Assembly (NCBI GenBank): GCA_026387335.1
Contig: JAPLLX010000004.1
Coordinates: forward strand, 255,045-319,044
Direction: 5' to 3'
DNA: 64,000 nt
From: Candidatus Omnitrophota bacterium
GTDB taxonomy: Bacteria > Omnitrophota > Gorgyraeia > Gygaellales > Profunditerraquicolaceae
In this document: positions 21,434-32,313 of the stretch, piece by piece
Layout: the number at the start of each line of letters is the position of its first letter
How positions within the stretch are numbered: position 1 is the first letter of the stretch
Position numbers and translations under genes: made by a program
The notes under the pieces: model-generated
What the model was told of the DNA's origin: nothing
Databases searched by the model: none
The model's input: the letters and a program-made list of their open reading frames with translations, nothing else

Positions 21434-23866
21434 ATGTATACCCGCAACGAAAAAATAATTCCGGTTTATATTGAGGACGAAGTTAAAGACTCTTATTTGA
21501 ATTACGCGATGAGCGTTATCGTAGGCCGGGCCCTGCCGGATGTCCGCGATGGGTTAAAGCCCGTGCATCGCCGAATTCTTTATGCCATGCAAGATCTTAA
21601 CCTGGAACACTCTAAACCTTATAAGAAATGCGCGCGTATCGTCGGTGAAACCATGGGTAAGTATCATCCGCATGGCGATGTGGCTATCTATGATACCCTG
21701 GTGCGTATGGCGCAGGATTTTTCTTTGCGTTACCCCTTAGTCGATGGTCAGGGCAACTTTGGTTCGGTTGATGGAGACGCAGCCGCGGCGATGCGTTATA
21801 CCGAGGCGCGCCTGGCCGCGGTTTCTGAAGAGATGCTCGGTGATATTGAAAAAGAAACCGTTAATTTTGGCCCGAACTTTGACTCTTCTTTAAAGGAGCC
21901 GTTACTTTTACCAGCGAGTTTACCGAATCTGTTAGTGAACGGTTCAAGCGGTATTGCCGTAGGCATGGCCACCAATATACCGCCGCATAATTTAAATGAA
22001 GTTTGCGACGCTATTATTTATCTACTGGATCATCCCGAGGCAGAGATTAAGGACCTGATGCGTTATATCAAGGGGCCGGATTTTCCTACCGGAGGGTTAA
22101 TCTGCGGCAAGGCGGGGATTAAAGACGCGTATACTACCGGAAGAGGCAAGTTACTCATACGTTCCCGGGCAACCGTAGAGCATCAAAAGAATGGCAAAGA
22201 TTTAATTATTATTACTGAAATTCCTTACCAGGCGCAGAAATCCGGGCTTATTGAAGCTATCGCGGCTTTGGTCGATGATAAAAAAATTGAAGGCATATCG
22301 GATATCCGCGATGAATCGGATAAGGACGGTATGCGCATTGTGGTTGAGCTTAAGCGCGATATTGAATCCCAGATTGTCTTGAATCAACTTTTTAAACATA
22401 CCCAGCTGGAAACTACCTTTGGCATTATTATGCTGGCCTTGGTGGATAACCGGCCCAAGGTGTTAAATCTACGCCAGGTCTTAGATTGTTATATCGAGCA
22501 TCGTAAGATTGTGATCCGCCGGCGCACCCAGTTTGAATTAGACAAGGCTTTAAGGAGGGCGCATATTTTAGAAGGTCTCAAGATAGCCCTTAAATTTATT
22601 GACCGGATTATTAAGGTAATCAAAACATCAAAGAGCGTGGAAGCGGCCAAAGTAAATTTAATGAAGGAGTTTGAGCTTTCGGAGTTGCAGTCGCAGGCGA
22701 TTCTGGAAATGCAGTTGCAGCGCTTAACCGCCTTAGAGCGCGATAAAATTGACGCGGAGTATGCCGAGCTTTTAAAGAAAATCGAGATCTGCCGGTCGAT
22801 TTTAGCTTCGGAGAAAAAAATCGAAGGGATCATTAAGGAAGAGCTGGAGAATTTAAAGAAAAAATACGGCGATGAAAGGCGTACGGATATAGTGGGTGAA
22901 GCAGAGGAGTTAGAGGTAGAGGATTTAATTGCCGAAGAGGACGTGGTGGTGACGATCAGCCACGGCGGTTACATTAAGCGGCTTCCCGTAGGTTCATACC
23001 GCAAGCAAAAACGCGGGGGCACCGGGGCAACCGGAGCGGAGTTAAAAGAGGAAGATTTTAGCGAGCATCTTTTTGTGGCTTCCACCAAAGATTACCTTTT
23101 GATTTTTACGGACAAGGGGCAGGTGCATTGGTTAAAGGTTTATGAGATACCCCAAGCTAGTCGCGTTTCTAAGGGGAAGGCTATTGTGAATCTGGTGCAG
23201 ATGGAGCAGGTAGCGAAAATCAGTTCTACTATCCCGGTCAAAGATTTTTCACCGGATAAATATTTGGTCATGGTGACTAAACTCGGGCAAATCAAGAAAA
23301 CTAAGTTAGAGGCTTATGGTAATCCGCGTAAAGGCGGGATTATCGGGATTACCCTGGATAAGGATGATGCTTTGATCGGCGTCGAAATGACCGACGGTAA
23401 GCAAGAATTACTGATCGGGACCCGGCAGGGCAAAGCGGTGAGATTTTCCGAAGAGAACGTGCGCGATATGGGTAGAGGCGCGCACGGGGTACGCGCGATA
23501 TCTCTGGGTAAAAAGGACGAAGTTATTGATATGGTTGTCCCCCAAAAAGATTCCACTATCCTTACAGTGACTAGTTTAGGCTTTGCCAAGCGCACAACTA
23601 TAGACGAATATCGTTTAACCAGCCGCGGCGGCAAAGGCGTGATTAACATTAAAGTCACCGCTAAGAATGGCGAGGCAGTAAATTTAAAAAGTGTAAATGA
23701 TAATGATGAGCTGATGGTCATTACCCAAAATGGTATATTTTTACGCTGCGCGATAAAAGATATCCGAGAAACCGGGCGCTCTGCCCAAGGCGTACGCCTG
23801 ATAAAGCTGCAGGCTAAAGACCGGGTTGCCTGTGTTGCTCCGGTAATTGCCGAAGAGGAAGAATAA
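21434..23866 (+). CDS. gyrA: DNA gyrase subunit A
   Basis: [15 protein letters not shown], GyrA-box QKRGGTG, C-terminal pinwheel repeats. Confidence 0.98.
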   Translation: MYTRNEKIIPVYIEDEVKDSYLNYAMSVIVGRALPDVRDGLKPVHRRILYAMQDLNLEHSKPYKKCARIVGETMGKYHPHGDVAIYDTLVRMAQDFSLRYPLVDGQGNFGSVDGDAAAAMRYTEARLAAVSEEMLGDIEKETVNFGPNFDSSLKEPLLLPASLPNLLVNGSSGIAVGMATNIPPHNLNEVCDAIIYLLDHPEAEIKDLMRYIKGPDFPTGGLICGKAGIKDAYTTGRGKLLIRSRATVEHQKNGKDLIIITEIPYQAQKSGLIEAIAALVDDKKIEGISDIRDESDKDGMRIVVELKRDIESQIVLNQLFKHTQLETTFGIIMLALVDNRPKVLNLRQVLDCYIEHRKIVIRRRTQFELDKALRRAHILEGLKIALKFIDRIIKVIKTSKSVEAAKVNLMKEFELSELQSQAILEMQLQRLTALERDKIDAEYAELLKKIEICRSILASEKKIEGIIKEELENLKKKYGDERRTDIVGEAEELEVEDLIAEEDVVVTISHGGYIKRLPVGSYRKQKRGGTGATGAELKEEDFSEHLFVASTKDYLLIFTDKGQVHWLKVYEIPQASRVSKGKAIVNLVQMEQVAKISSTIPVKDFSPDKYLVMVTKLGQIKKTKLEAYGNPRKGGIIGITLDKDDALIGVEMTDGKQELLIGTRQGKAVRFSEENVRDMGRGAHGVRAISLGKKDEVIDMVVPQKDSTILTVTSLGFAKRTTIDEYRLTSRGGKGVINIKVTAKNGEAVNLKSVNDNDELMVITQNGIFLRCAIKDIRETGRSAQGVRLIKLQAKDRVACVAPVIAEEEE

Positions 23867-23872
23867 CCTTAC

Positions 23873-23947
23873 GACCCCGTCGTCTAGCCTGGTCTAGGAC
23901 AAGAGCTTTTCAAGCTCTCGACACGGGTTCAAATCCCGTCGGGGTCA
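23873..23947 (+). tRNA. tRNA-Glu(TTC)
   Basis: Anticodon arm AGAGC-TTTTCAA-GCTCT; T loop TTCAAAT. Confidence 0.94.
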
Positions 23948-23957
23948 CTGAATAATT

Positions 23958-25796
23958 ATGTGCGGAATAGTCGGATACGTCGGAGAGAGGGAAGCTCAGG
24001 GTATTTTGTTAAGCGGCCTGAAGCGCCTAGAATACCGTGGTTACGACTCAAGCGGTATCGCCGTAATTAACTCTAAGAAAAGCGCCATATCCTTAAGAAA
24101 ATCTCCCGGCAAAATCAGCGCGTTAGAAAGGTTAGTCAAAGCCAGGCCCTTATCCGGCACTGTTGGTATAGCCCATACCCGTTGGGCGACGCACGGCGCT
24201 CCCACCCAGCCTAATGCCCATCCCCACCAGGATTGTCAAGGCGAGATCGCCCTGGTGCATAACGGGATTATTGAGAATTTTGAGATCCTCAAAAACCGCC
24301 TGATTAAAGAAGGCCATACCTTCCGCAGCCAGACAGACACCGAAGTAATCGTCCATTTAATCGAAAAGTTTTATAAGAATATTCCGCTGGAAGAAGCAGT
24401 GCGGCGCAGCCTTAAACTACTGGTGGGTTCTTTCGCCATCGGGGTTATTTCATCAAGAGAACCGGGAAAGTTAGTCGGAGCGCGTTCCGGCAGCCCTTTA
24501 ATTTTAGGTTTAGGTAAGAATGAGAATTTTCTCGCTTCGGATGCGCCCGCGGTTTTAGAGTCAACCAAAGAAATTGTCTTTCTAGATGAAAACGAAGTAG
24601 TGGTTTTAACCAAGGAGGGCTTTCAGGTTACGGATCTGGAAGGCAGGCCAAGCGCTAAAAAATCCGTACGCATTAATTGGGATATTACCCAGGCTCAGAA
24701 AAACGGCTTTGCGCATTTTATGTTGAAAGAAATCAATGAGCAGCCGAAAATCCTGGAAAGCCTGATAAATTCCAGGATCAACAGGGAATCCGGCAAGATA
24801 GATTTTGAAGAACAAAACATCCCTGAAGAAAAGCTTAAAAATATCAAAAATATATTTATCGTCGCCTGCGGCACAGCGTATCACGCCGGTTTGGTGGGAA
24901 AGTATGTTTTAGAATCCCTCTGCGCTATCCCGACACAGATAGACGTTTCCAGCGAATTCCGCTATCGCGAACTTTTAATCGGTCCGGATACCCTGGTTAT
25001 GGCCATAAGTCAGTCCGGAGAGACCGCGGATACCCTGGCCGGGGTAAGGGAGGCCAAAAAACACGGCGCCAGCGTAATCTCTATCTGCAATGTTTTAGGT
25101 TCGACTTTGACCCGCGAATCCGACGGTATAATTTATACGCACGCCGGCCCGGAAATCGGGGTGGCCTCGACCAAGGCTTATACCGCCCAGTTAACCGCCC
25201 TGTATTTATTCGCTTTTTATCTTGCCGGTATCAGAAACGTTCTTCCCTCGGCTAAAATCAGGAAATACCTGGATGACCTGCGCAAAATTCCCCACCAGCA
25301 GGAGTTAATTCTGAAAGAGCAAAATAATATTGCCAGGCTGGCTCGAAAACATTCGCATTTGGGCTCATTTTTGTATTTGGGTAGGAACATTAATTATCCT
25401 TCAGCCCTGGAAGGAGCGCTTAAACTGAAAGAGATCTCTTATATCCCCGCTGAAGGCTATGCCGCCGGAGAGATGAAGCATGGGCCCATTGCCTTAATTG
25501 ATGAGTACCGGGCGGTAGTTTGTATTGCTCCTGCCTCTAAAGTTTATGAAAAGATGGTCTCTAATATCCAGGAGATCCGCTCCCGGCACGGAAAAATTAT
25601 CGCTATTGCCAGCGTAGGGGACAAAGAAATTACGGAGTTAACCAAAGAAGTCATTTATATCCCTAAGTCCGAAGAATTATTCTCTCCTCTTTTAGTGGCT
25701 TTTCCCCTGCAGTTGATAGCTTACCACATTGCCGTAAAACGCGGCTGCGACGTGGACCAGCCGCGCAATTTAGCTAAGTCCGTAACCGTTGAGTAA
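23958..25796 (+). CDS. glmS: Glutamine-fructose-6-phosphate transaminase
   Basis: MCGIVG, HTRWATHG, SQSGETAD, PRNLAKSVTVE. Confidence 0.98.
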   Translation: MCGIVGYVGEREAQGILLSGLKRLEYRGYDSSGIAVINSKKSAISLRKSPGKISALERLVKARPLSGTVGIAHTRWATHGAPTQPNAHPHQDCQGEIALVHNGIIENFEILKNRLIKEGHTFRSQTDTEVIVHLIEKFYKNIPLEEAVRRSLKLLVGSFAIGVISSREPGKLVGARSGSPLILGLGKNENFLASDAPAVLESTKEIVFLDENEVVVLTKEGFQVTDLEGRPSAKKSVRINWDITQAQKNGFAHFMLKEINEQPKILESLINSRINRESGKIDFEEQNIPEEKLKNIKNIFIVACGTAYHAGLVGKYVLESLCAIPTQIDVSSEFRYRELLIGPDTLVMAISQSGETADTLAGVREAKKHGASVISICNVLGSTLTRESDGIIYTHAGPEIGVASTKAYTAQLTALYLFAFYLAGIRNVLPSAKIRKYLDDLRKIPHQQELILKEQNNIARLARKHSHLGSFLYLGRNINYPSALEGALKLKEISYIPAEGYAAGEMKHGPIALIDEYRAVVCIAPASKVYEKMVSNIQEIRSRHGKIIAIASVGDKEITELTKEVIYIPKSEELFSPLLVAFPLQLIAYHIAVKRGCDVDQPRNLAKSVTVE

Positions 25797-26449
25797 TGCT
25801 TTATATAGTCGCTACCCCTATAGGTAATCTAAAGGACATAACCTTTCGCGCTATCGAAGTATTCAAGAGCGTGGATTTGATTGCCTGTGAAGATACCCGG
25901 CATACCAAGATCCTTCTGGATCACTATGGTATTACTAAGCCCACCACGAGTTTCTTTCAGCATAATAGATTTACCAAGGCCGAATATCTGCTCGGGCTTT
26001 TAAAAGAAGGCAAAAACGTGGCCCTTGTTTCGGATGCCGGCACGCCCGGGATACTGGATCCCGGGTATAATCTGATTAATCTGGCTATCAAGAACGCTAT
26101 AGAGCTGACTTTTATTCCGGGGCCCGCAGCTTTTGTCAACGCTTTGGTGCTTTCGGGAAAACCCGCCCACGAATTCTATTTTGCCGGTTTCCTGCCGAAT
26201 AAAAAAATATCCCGCAAGAATAAGCTGAAAGCGTTAAGCGGCTTAAAATGCACGGTTATTTGCTACGAATCGAGCCATCGCATCTTAGCCAGCCTGGAAG
26301 ATTTAGCGGATGTTTTTGGCGATAGGCAAATCGTGGTTGCCCGGGAATTAACCAAGAAATTTGAAGAAGTTATCCGTTCTACCCCCCAGTTGATCCAGGA
26401 GAAGCTGCGTAATTCTAAGCCCCGCGGGGAATTTGTAATTGTAATTTAA
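25796..26449 (+). CDS. rsmI: 16S rRNA C1402 2'-O-methyltransferase
   Basis: LYIVATPIGNL, ACEDTR, VSDAGTPG, ARELTKKFEE. Confidence 0.96.
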   Translation: MLYIVATPIGNLKDITFRAIEVFKSVDLIACEDTRHTKILLDHYGITKPTTSFFQHNRFTKAEYLLGLLKEGKNVALVSDAGTPGILDPGYNLINLAIKNAIELTFIPGPAAFVNALVLSGKPAHEFYFAGFLPNKKISRKNKLKALSGLKCTVICYESSHRILASLEDLADVFGDRQIVVARELTKKFEEVIRSTPQLIQEKLRNSKPRGEFVIVI

Positions 26450-26512
26450 ATAGGGACAGCGACCATTTTTCTTGGTCGCCTAGAAGAGAAAAATGGTCGC
26501 TGTCCCTATTTA
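26447..26512. repeat. Palindromic element family A, copy A2 (66 bp)
   Basis: Perfect 25-bp arms; its first TAA is the rsmI stop codon; abuts the pyr promoter. Confidence 0.95.
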
Positions 26513-26519
26513 TTTAGCC

Positions 26520-26547
26520 TTGACAAGAGAGGCAGATATGCTATACT
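26520..26547 (+). promoter_or_regulatory. pyr operon promoter
   Basis: TTGACA-16 nt-TATACT with extended TG. Confidence 0.75.
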
Positions 26548-26563
26548 TAAACAAATTCAAGAT

Positions 26564-26600
26564 AACCTTTAAGCCCAAGCCCTTGAGAGGCTGGCAAGGT
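26564..26600 (+). promoter_or_regulatory. PyrR-binding RNA loop
   Basis: ACCTTTAA...AGCCCTTGAGAGGCT...AAGGT resembles the CUUUAA / AGUCCnGnGAGGCU PyrR consensus; directly upstream of pyrR. Confidence 0.8.
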
Positions 26601-26607
26601 GAATAAA

Positions 26608-26700
26608 ATGAAAAAAATTGCTGTAAAAAGTAAAGGAAACCCAACTGCAAATCACGCGGTTGGGTTTTTTGTCGCGGAGGGCGTGCCTTGCTACCTATGA
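26608..26700 (+). CDS. Candidate 30-aa pyr leader peptide
   Basis: SD-like AAGGTG 6 nt before ATG; [30 protein letters not shown]; ATGA overlap with pyrR ATG 26697. Confidence 0.4.
   Translation: MKKIAVKSKGNPTANHAVGFFVAEGVPCYL
26637..26670 (+). terminator. Attenuator terminator in the pyr leader
   Basis: AAACCCAACTGC-loop-GCGGTTGGGTTT followed by a T run. Confidence 0.8.
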
Positions 26701-27236
26701 AAGAAAAAGCCAAGATATTAGATAAAGACGCGATTGCCAGAATCGCGACGCGTATCTCCCATGAAATAGTCGAGAAGAATAAAGGCGTAGAAAATCTCTG
26801 CCTTATTGGGATACGGAACCGCGGGGTTTATTTAGCCCAGCGTTTAGCCAAATGTATTAAAAATATTGAAGGCGCGGATATTCCTACCGGAGCGCTGGAT
26901 ATAACTTTATACCGGGATGATCTGGCCCTGGCTTCCGGCCAGCCATTGGTGCGTAAGACCGAAATAGATTTTGATATTAACGGTAAAAACCTGATTTTGG
27001 TGGATGATGTTTTATATACCGGGCGCACGGTAAGGGCGGCTTTGGATGCGTTGATTGACTTCGGCCGGCCAAAATCCATATCGCTGGCGGTTTTGATTGA
27101 CCGTGGCCACCGGGAATTGCCGATCCGGGCGGATTACGCCGGTAAAAATATCCCGACTTCCAAGGATGAAGCAGTAGAGGTGCGCCTGCAGGAGACTGAA
27201 GGCGTAGACGAAGTCGTAATTGTTGAGAAAAATTAA
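26688..27236 (+). CDS. pyrR: Bifunctional pyr operon regulator/uracil PRTase PyrR (start TTG 26688 or ATG 26697)
   Basis: [33 protein letters not shown]. Confidence 0.97.
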   Translation: MLPMKEKAKILDKDAIARIATRISHEIVEKNKGVENLCLIGIRNRGVYLAQRLAKCIKNIEGADIPTGALDITLYRDDLALASGQPLVRKTEIDFDINGKNLILVDDVLYTGRTVRAALDALIDFGRPKSISLAVLIDRGHRELPIRADYAGKNIPTSKDEAVEVRLQETEGVDEVVIVEKN

Positions 27237-28187
27237 ATGGGTTGGATAAGAAAAGACTTGTTGGGGCTGGAAGAACTAAGTCAAGAAGAATTAGAGCTGA
27301 TTCTTTCTACCGCCGAGAGTTTTAAAGAGGTTTCTAGCCGCGAGATCAAGAAAGTTCCGGCGTTACGCGGCAAGACCGTGGTAAATTTATTCTACGAACC
27401 CTCCACGCGTACCCGTGTTTCCTTTGAGGTGGCTGCCAAAAGGCTCTCCGCCGACGTAATTAATATCGCTACCGAAACCTCAAGTGTCAAAAAGGGCGAG
27501 ACCCTTATTGATACCGGCAGGAATATTGAAGCGCTGAAAGCCGATATTATAGTTATGCGCCATAATTTTAGCGGCGCGGCAGTCATGCTCGCTCGTCACG
27601 TTAATTTAAGCGTAGTCAATGCCGGAGACGGCTGGCATGAACATCCTACCCAGGCCCTCCTGGATATTTTTACCTTAAAGGAAAAGCTGGGTAAGCTTGA
27701 GGGTTTGAACGTAAGCATAGTAGGAGATATCGCGCATTCGCGGGTAGCCCGCTCAAATATATGGGGGTTGACTAAATTGGGAGTCAAGGTCACTGTCTGC
27801 GCGCCCAAGATGCTTATTCCGGTGGCGATAGAAAAGATGGGCGTAGCGGTTACCAGCGATATAGATGAGGCCTTAAGAAACGCGGACGCCGTAAATGTCT
27901 TAAGGATGCAGTTTGAACGCGACGGAGAAACCGCGTTCCCTAAGCAGTTGGAATATTTCAAGGAGTTTGGGATCACGCAAGAGAGATTGAAGAAAGCCAA
28001 AAAAGATATTATCGTAATGCACCCGGGGCCGATAAACCGCGGGATCGAGATGTCTAGCGATGTGGCGGATGGGGCAAATTCGGTAATATTGGAGCAGGTC
28101 ACCAATGGTATCGCGGTGAGAATGGCGGTTTTATTTTTGGTAGCCCAAGCCAACGAAAAAATAAAAAACAATGAAGACTTTAATTAA
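27237..28187 (+). CDS. pyrB: Aspartate carbamoyltransferase
   Basis: FYEPSTRT, HEHPTQALLD, MHPGPINRG. Confidence 0.97.
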   Translation: MGWIRKDLLGLEELSQEELELILSTAESFKEVSSREIKKVPALRGKTVVNLFYEPSTRTRVSFEVAAKRLSADVINIATETSSVKKGETLIDTGRNIEALKADIIVMRHNFSGAAVMLARHVNLSVVNAGDGWHEHPTQALLDIFTLKEKLGKLEGLNVSIVGDIAHSRVARSNIWGLTKLGVKVTVCAPKMLIPVAIEKMGVAVTSDIDEALRNADAVNVLRMQFERDGETAFPKQLEYFKEFGITQERLKKAKKDIIVMHPGPINRGIEMSSDVADGANSVILEQVTNGIAVRMAVLFLVAQANEKIKNNEDFN

Positions 28188-29448
28188 GGGCGGCAGAGTA
28201 GTCGACCCGGCGAATAAAATTGATGCGCTAATGGATATATTAGTGGAAGATTCTAAGATATCCAAAGTAGCTAAAAATATTCAAGGCGCAGCGGATAAGA
28301 TAATTGATGCGTCGGGCAAAATTGTTCTGCCGGGACTTGTAGATATGCATGTGCATTTGCGGGAGCCGGGCAGGGAAGATAAAGAAACAATCTGCAGCGG
28401 CTCAAAGGCTGCTTTAGCCGGCGGAGTGACTAGTGTCCTGGCCATGCCCAATACCTCTCCGGCAATAGACTCAAAAGAAAATATTAAAATTATAAAAACA
28501 GCTATCCAAAAAAGCGCCAAGGCCAATTGTTTCATCTGCGCCGCTATTACTAAAGGAAGGCTAGGAGAAGAGTTAAGCGATTTCGCCAGCCTTAAAAAAG
28601 AAGGCGCGATTGCCCTCTCTGATGACGGCTCGTCGGTAGATAAGGACGCCCTTATGCTGGAGGCGTTTAAGCAAGCCAAAAAAGAGGATATTCTGGTAAT
28701 CTGCCATAGCGAAGATAAAAAGCTGGCAGCTGGCGGGGTAGTAAATTTAGGTTTTACTTCTACGCGTCTGGGGTTGCGCGGCATATCAACCGAGTCAGAA
28801 TATAAAAGGGTTGAGCGCGACATAAGGTTAGCTAAAGAAACCGGCGCCAGGGTGCATATTGCCCACGTAAGCTGCCAAGAATCGCTGGAAATTATTGCCC
28901 GGGCCAAAAAAAATAAGGTCAGGGTTACCTGCGAGAGTGCGCCGCATTATTTTACTTTTAATGAAGAAGCGGTCTTAGGTTATGATCCTAATTTTAAAAT
29001 GAACCCGCCGCTACGCTCTAAAGAGGATATGTTGGCTATCCGTAAAGGTTTGGCCGACGGTTTAATAGACGTGATCGCCTCAGATCACGCTCCGCATACT
29101 GAAAATGAAAAGGATATTGAGTTTGAACGCGCGGAATGCGGGGTAATCGGCTTAGAAACCGAATTAGCCGCAGCTATCACAGAGTTGATAGGCAATAACT
29201 TATTGGACTGGAGTAAACTGGTCCTCAAAATGTCGTTAAATCCCAGCCGGATTTTAGGCCTGAATAAAGGGACATTAAGCGTCGGCGCTGACGCGGATAT
29301 TATAGTAGTTGACCCTGAAAGAGAATGGGTAGTAAAAAAAGAAAATTTCTATTCCAAGTCTAAAAACTCATCTTTTATCGGCCGTTCGCTTAAGGGTTTT
29401 GTAGAATACACGCTTTGCCAAGGTAAGGTGCACAAATGGAATTCATAG
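28171..29448 (+). CDS. pyrC: Dihydroorotase
   Basis: DMHVHLREPG, KMNPPLR, IASDHAPH. Confidence 0.96.
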   Translation: MKTLIKGGRVVDPANKIDALMDILVEDSKISKVAKNIQGAADKIIDASGKIVLPGLVDMHVHLREPGREDKETICSGSKAALAGGVTSVLAMPNTSPAIDSKENIKIIKTAIQKSAKANCFICAAITKGRLGEELSDFASLKKEGAIALSDDGSSVDKDALMLEAFKQAKKEDILVICHSEDKKLAAGGVVNLGFTSTRLGLRGISTESEYKRVERDIRLAKETGARVHIAHVSCQESLEIIARAKKNKVRVTCESAPHYFTFNEEAVLGYDPNFKMNPPLRSKEDMLAIRKGLADGLIDVIASDHAPHTENEKDIEFERAECGVIGLETELAAAITELIGNNLLDWSKLVLKMSLNPSRILGLNKGTLSVGADADIIVVDPEREWVVKKENFYSKSKNSSFIGRSLKGFVEYTLCQGKVHKWNS

Positions 29449-31757
29449 CCGATTTTCATGTCCATTCTAAATACTCGCGGGCTACCAGCCGCAATATGGA
29501 TGTCAAGAATTTAAGCGAATGGGCGAAGTTAAAAGGAATCACCCTTATAGGCACGGGAGATTTTACGCATCATTTGTGGCTGGAAGAACTAAAACACACC
29601 TTAGAAGATTGCGGGAATGGGTTATACCAGCATAATGGGGTCTATTTTATCCTGACTGCCGAGGTAAGCAGCATATATTCCAAAAAAAATAAAACCTACC
29701 GCATACACAATGTCATCATCGCTCCATCATTTAAAACCGTGGATAAAATAAATGACAAACTCGGCCGGCTGGGCAACCTGGCCAGCGACGGAAGGCCTAT
29801 CTTAGGGCTGGATGCCGCAGAACTGGCGCGGATTGTCTTTGGTATTGATGAAAACTGTATACTTGTCCCCGGGCATATCTGGACGCCCTGGTTTTCCCTC
29901 TTTGGCTCTATGTCAGGGTTTGACAGGATAGAAGATTGCTTTGAAGAGCAGACACCGAAAATATTTGCTTTGGAAACGGGCCTGTCTTGTTATGATGAAA
30001 AAACAGAGGTTTTAACTGAAAATGGCTGGAAGAAGTTCCCTGAAGTCAGCTATTCCGATAAAATTTGCACTTTGAATATTAAGACCGATAGAATTGAATT
30101 TCAAATTCCGCAAAGAATTTCTAATTATATTTATAAAGGGAAAATGTATAAACTCAGAACTAAAAGAGTAGATTTATTGGTAACCCCTAATCATAAGCTA
30201 CTATATAGCCCCTGCGATTTTAGAAACCGTAAGCCTTATTCTTTGAAAGAAGCAGAAAAGTTATTTAATAAATCCAAAATATTGAAAAAAGACGGTATCT
30301 GGATTGGAGAGAAACCAAAATATTTTACACTACCCGAAGTTAAAATGCAGCATGGTAGTAGATATTATTCCGGATTTCGTAATAAAAAAGAAAATCGCTT
30401 ACCTCTAAAACCCTGGCTAAAGTTTTTTGGTTTCTGGCTTGCAGAGGGCTGGACTAGCGAAGGCAAAGAGGGTGATTACAACGTTTGTGTATGTAACAAT
30501 GATGAAAATTTACTTAATGAAATGAAACAACTTCTTGAGTGCTTCGGTTATAAAGCTTATAAACGAGGTAACTTGGTTCGGGTGAGAGATTTTCAGTTAT
30601 TTCATTATTTAAGACAGTTTGGTAAATGTTATGATAAATTTATTCCATTGAATATTAAATCTCTCTCGAAAGAATTGTTAGAGATTCTATTACAATACTA
30701 TATTAAAGGGGACGGGCATATTTACGGAAGATCTGGAAAGGGTTTATCGGCAACAACCACCTCAATTCGTTTGCGTGACGATTTACAGGAGATAGCCCTA
30801 AAAATAGGGATTTCTGCGTATTACAAATTAGGCCAGAAAAAAGGTACCCCATTTTCTTCGCCCAGCACAAAAAAGATATACAAACAAAGAAACGATGCCT
30901 GGATTATTTATTTTATAAGGCGGAATAAACCAATAATTTTACCCTCAACAATAAAAAAACATAATTATACAGAAAAATGGGTAGATTACGAAGGATGGGT
31001 TTTCTGCGTTACTGTTCCTAATCATGTAATTTATATTCGCAGAAACGGTATTCCTCTTTGGTGCGGTAATTCCGACCCAGCAATGAATTGGCGCTTGAGC
31101 GCTTTAGATAAGTTTACCTTAATTTCCAATAGTGATGCACATTCACCGCAAAAAATTGGACGTGAGGGCAATGTCTTTGACTGCGAGCTTGATTATAAAA
31201 CAATAAGAGAAGTTTTAAAGACAAAAGATAAGAAACGGTTTTTATACACCATAGAGTTTTTCCCGGAAGAGGGGAAGTATCATTTTGACGGGCACCGGCT
31301 TTGCGGTATCCGTTGGTCGCCGAAGGAAACAAAAGAACACGCTGGCAAGTGCCCAAAATGCGGTAAGCCGGTTACTGTCGGGGTAGTGAACCGTGTAGAA
31401 AAATTAGCCGATAGGCCGCAAGGTTTTAAGCCCGAGAACGCCATACCTTTTAAACATTTAATACCTTTGGATGAAATAATCGCCGATGCCAAAGGCGTAG
31501 GCAAAACCAGTGTTGCGGTAGAAAGAGATTACCGGAGTTGCCTGAGTAAATTTGGGACAGAGTTTGAAATCCTGATGGCTGCTCCCAAGCAGGATCTGCT
31601 TAAAGGTTTACCTCCTAAAGTTGCGGAGGGGGTTCTAAGAGTACGTGAAGGTAAAGTCGATATTCAGGCTGGCTACGATGGCGAATATGGAATAATCTCT
31701 ATCTTTGGGAAGGAAGAGCCTGGCCAGAAAAACGAAGAACAATTGAGTTTATTTTAA
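29436..31757 (+). CDS. Endonuclease Q family (TIGR00375-like PHP + Zn ribbon) precursor with intein; ~412 aa after splicing
   Basis: DFHVHSKYSRATS, GTGDFTH, HIWTPW, ETGLS|SDP, SNSDAHS, GKYHFDGHR, CPKCG, GYDGEYG. Confidence 0.9.
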   Translation: MEFIADFHVHSKYSRATSRNMDVKNLSEWAKLKGITLIGTGDFTHHLWLEELKHTLEDCGNGLYQHNGVYFILTAEVSSIYSKKNKTYRIHNVIIAPSFKTVDKINDKLGRLGNLASDGRPILGLDAAELARIVFGIDENCILVPGHIWTPWFSLFGSMSGFDRIEDCFEEQTPKIFALETGLSCYDEKTEVLTENGWKKFPEVSYSDKICTLNIKTDRIEFQIPQRISNYIYKGKMYKLRTKRVDLLVTPNHKLLYSPCDFRNRKPYSLKEAEKLFNKSKILKKDGIWIGEKPKYFTLPEVKMQHGSRYYSGFRNKKENRLPLKPWLKFFGFWLAEGWTSEGKEGDYNVCVCNNDENLLNEMKQLLECFGYKAYKRGNLVRVRDFQLFHYLRQFGKCYDKFIPLNIKSLSKELLEILLQYYIKGDGHIYGRSGKGLSATTTSIRLRDDLQEIALKIGISAYYKLGQKKGTPFSSPSTKKIYKQRNDAWIIYFIRRNKPIILPSTIKKHNYTEKWVDYEGWVFCVTVPNHVIYIRRNGIPLWCGNSDPAMNWRLSALDKFTLISNSDAHSPQKIGREGNVFDCELDYKTIREVLKTKDKKRFLYTIEFFPEEGKYHFDGHRLCGIRWSPKETKEHAGKCPKCGKPVTVGVVNRVEKLADRPQGFKPENAIPFKHLIPLDEIIADAKGVGKTSVAVERDYRSCLSKFGTEFEILMAAPKQDLLKGLPPKVAEGVLRVREGKVDIQAGYDGEYGIISIFGKEEPGQKNEEQLSLF
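29988..31070 (+). mobile_element. Intein (361 aa) with LAGLIDADG homing endonuclease
   Basis: Begins CYDEKTEVLT; block B VTPNHK; FFGFWLAEG and YYIKGDG motifs; ends WCGN followed by Ser+1; removal restores ETGLSSDP. Confidence 0.93.
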
Positions 31758-31758
31758 C

Positions 31759-31830
31759 GCGCCTGTGGCCCAACGGATAGGGCGCCAGCCTCCGGAGCTG
31801 GATGTGACAGTTCAATTCTGTCCAGGCGCA
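31759..31830 (+). tRNA. tRNA-Arg(CCG)
   Basis: Anticodon arm CCAGC-CTCCGGA-GCTGG; acceptor GCGCCTG/CAGGCGC. Confidence 0.92.
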
Positions 31831-31854
31831 TAAGAATAGTCTATAAGGAGTAAT

Positions 31855-32313
31855 ATGAAGAAAGTTATAAGTGTGATTGGAGGTAGAAATTGTACGCCTG
31901 AAGTGGAGATAATTGCCCAAGAATTAGGCAAAAAACTCTCAAAAGTGGCGGATATACTCGTTTGTGGGGGTCTAAGTGGAGTAATGGAGGCGGTTTGCTC
32001 GGGTTTTAAGGCTGGCGGAGGCCTAACTATAGGCATTATACCAAGTTACAATAAAAATGACGCCAATAAGTTCGTAGATATAGCCTTGCCTACAGGATTA
32101 GGATTAGCCAGAAATGTTTTAGTAGTTAAGGCCGCGGATGTAGTTATTGCTTTAGCGGGAAGGGCAGGAACCCTTTCGGAAATTGCTTATTGTATTCAAT
32201 TCGGGATACCGGTGATTACCCTGAATTCCTGGGATATTCCCGGGGTAATGAAATTAGATTCTGTAGATGAAGTAGTCAATAAAGTCCGGGAGTTGTTAAA
32301 GAAGGAGCAGTAA
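31855..32313 (+). CDS. TIGR00725/LOG-like Rossmann-fold nucleotide-binding protein
   Basis: CGGLSGVMEAV, ARNVLVV, GTLSEIAY. Confidence 0.85.
   Translation: MKKVISVIGGRNCTPEVEIIAQELGKKLSKVADILVCGGLSGVMEAVCSGFKAGGGLTIGIIPSYNKNDANKFVDIALPTGLGLARNVLVVKAADVVIALAGRAGTLSEIAYCIQFGIPVITLNSWDIPGVMKLDSVDEVVNKVRELLKKEQ

Noticed and set aside
23867-23957. glmS ribozyme upstream of glmS
   Set aside because: The space is occupied by tRNA-Glu; only 10 nt precede the ATG
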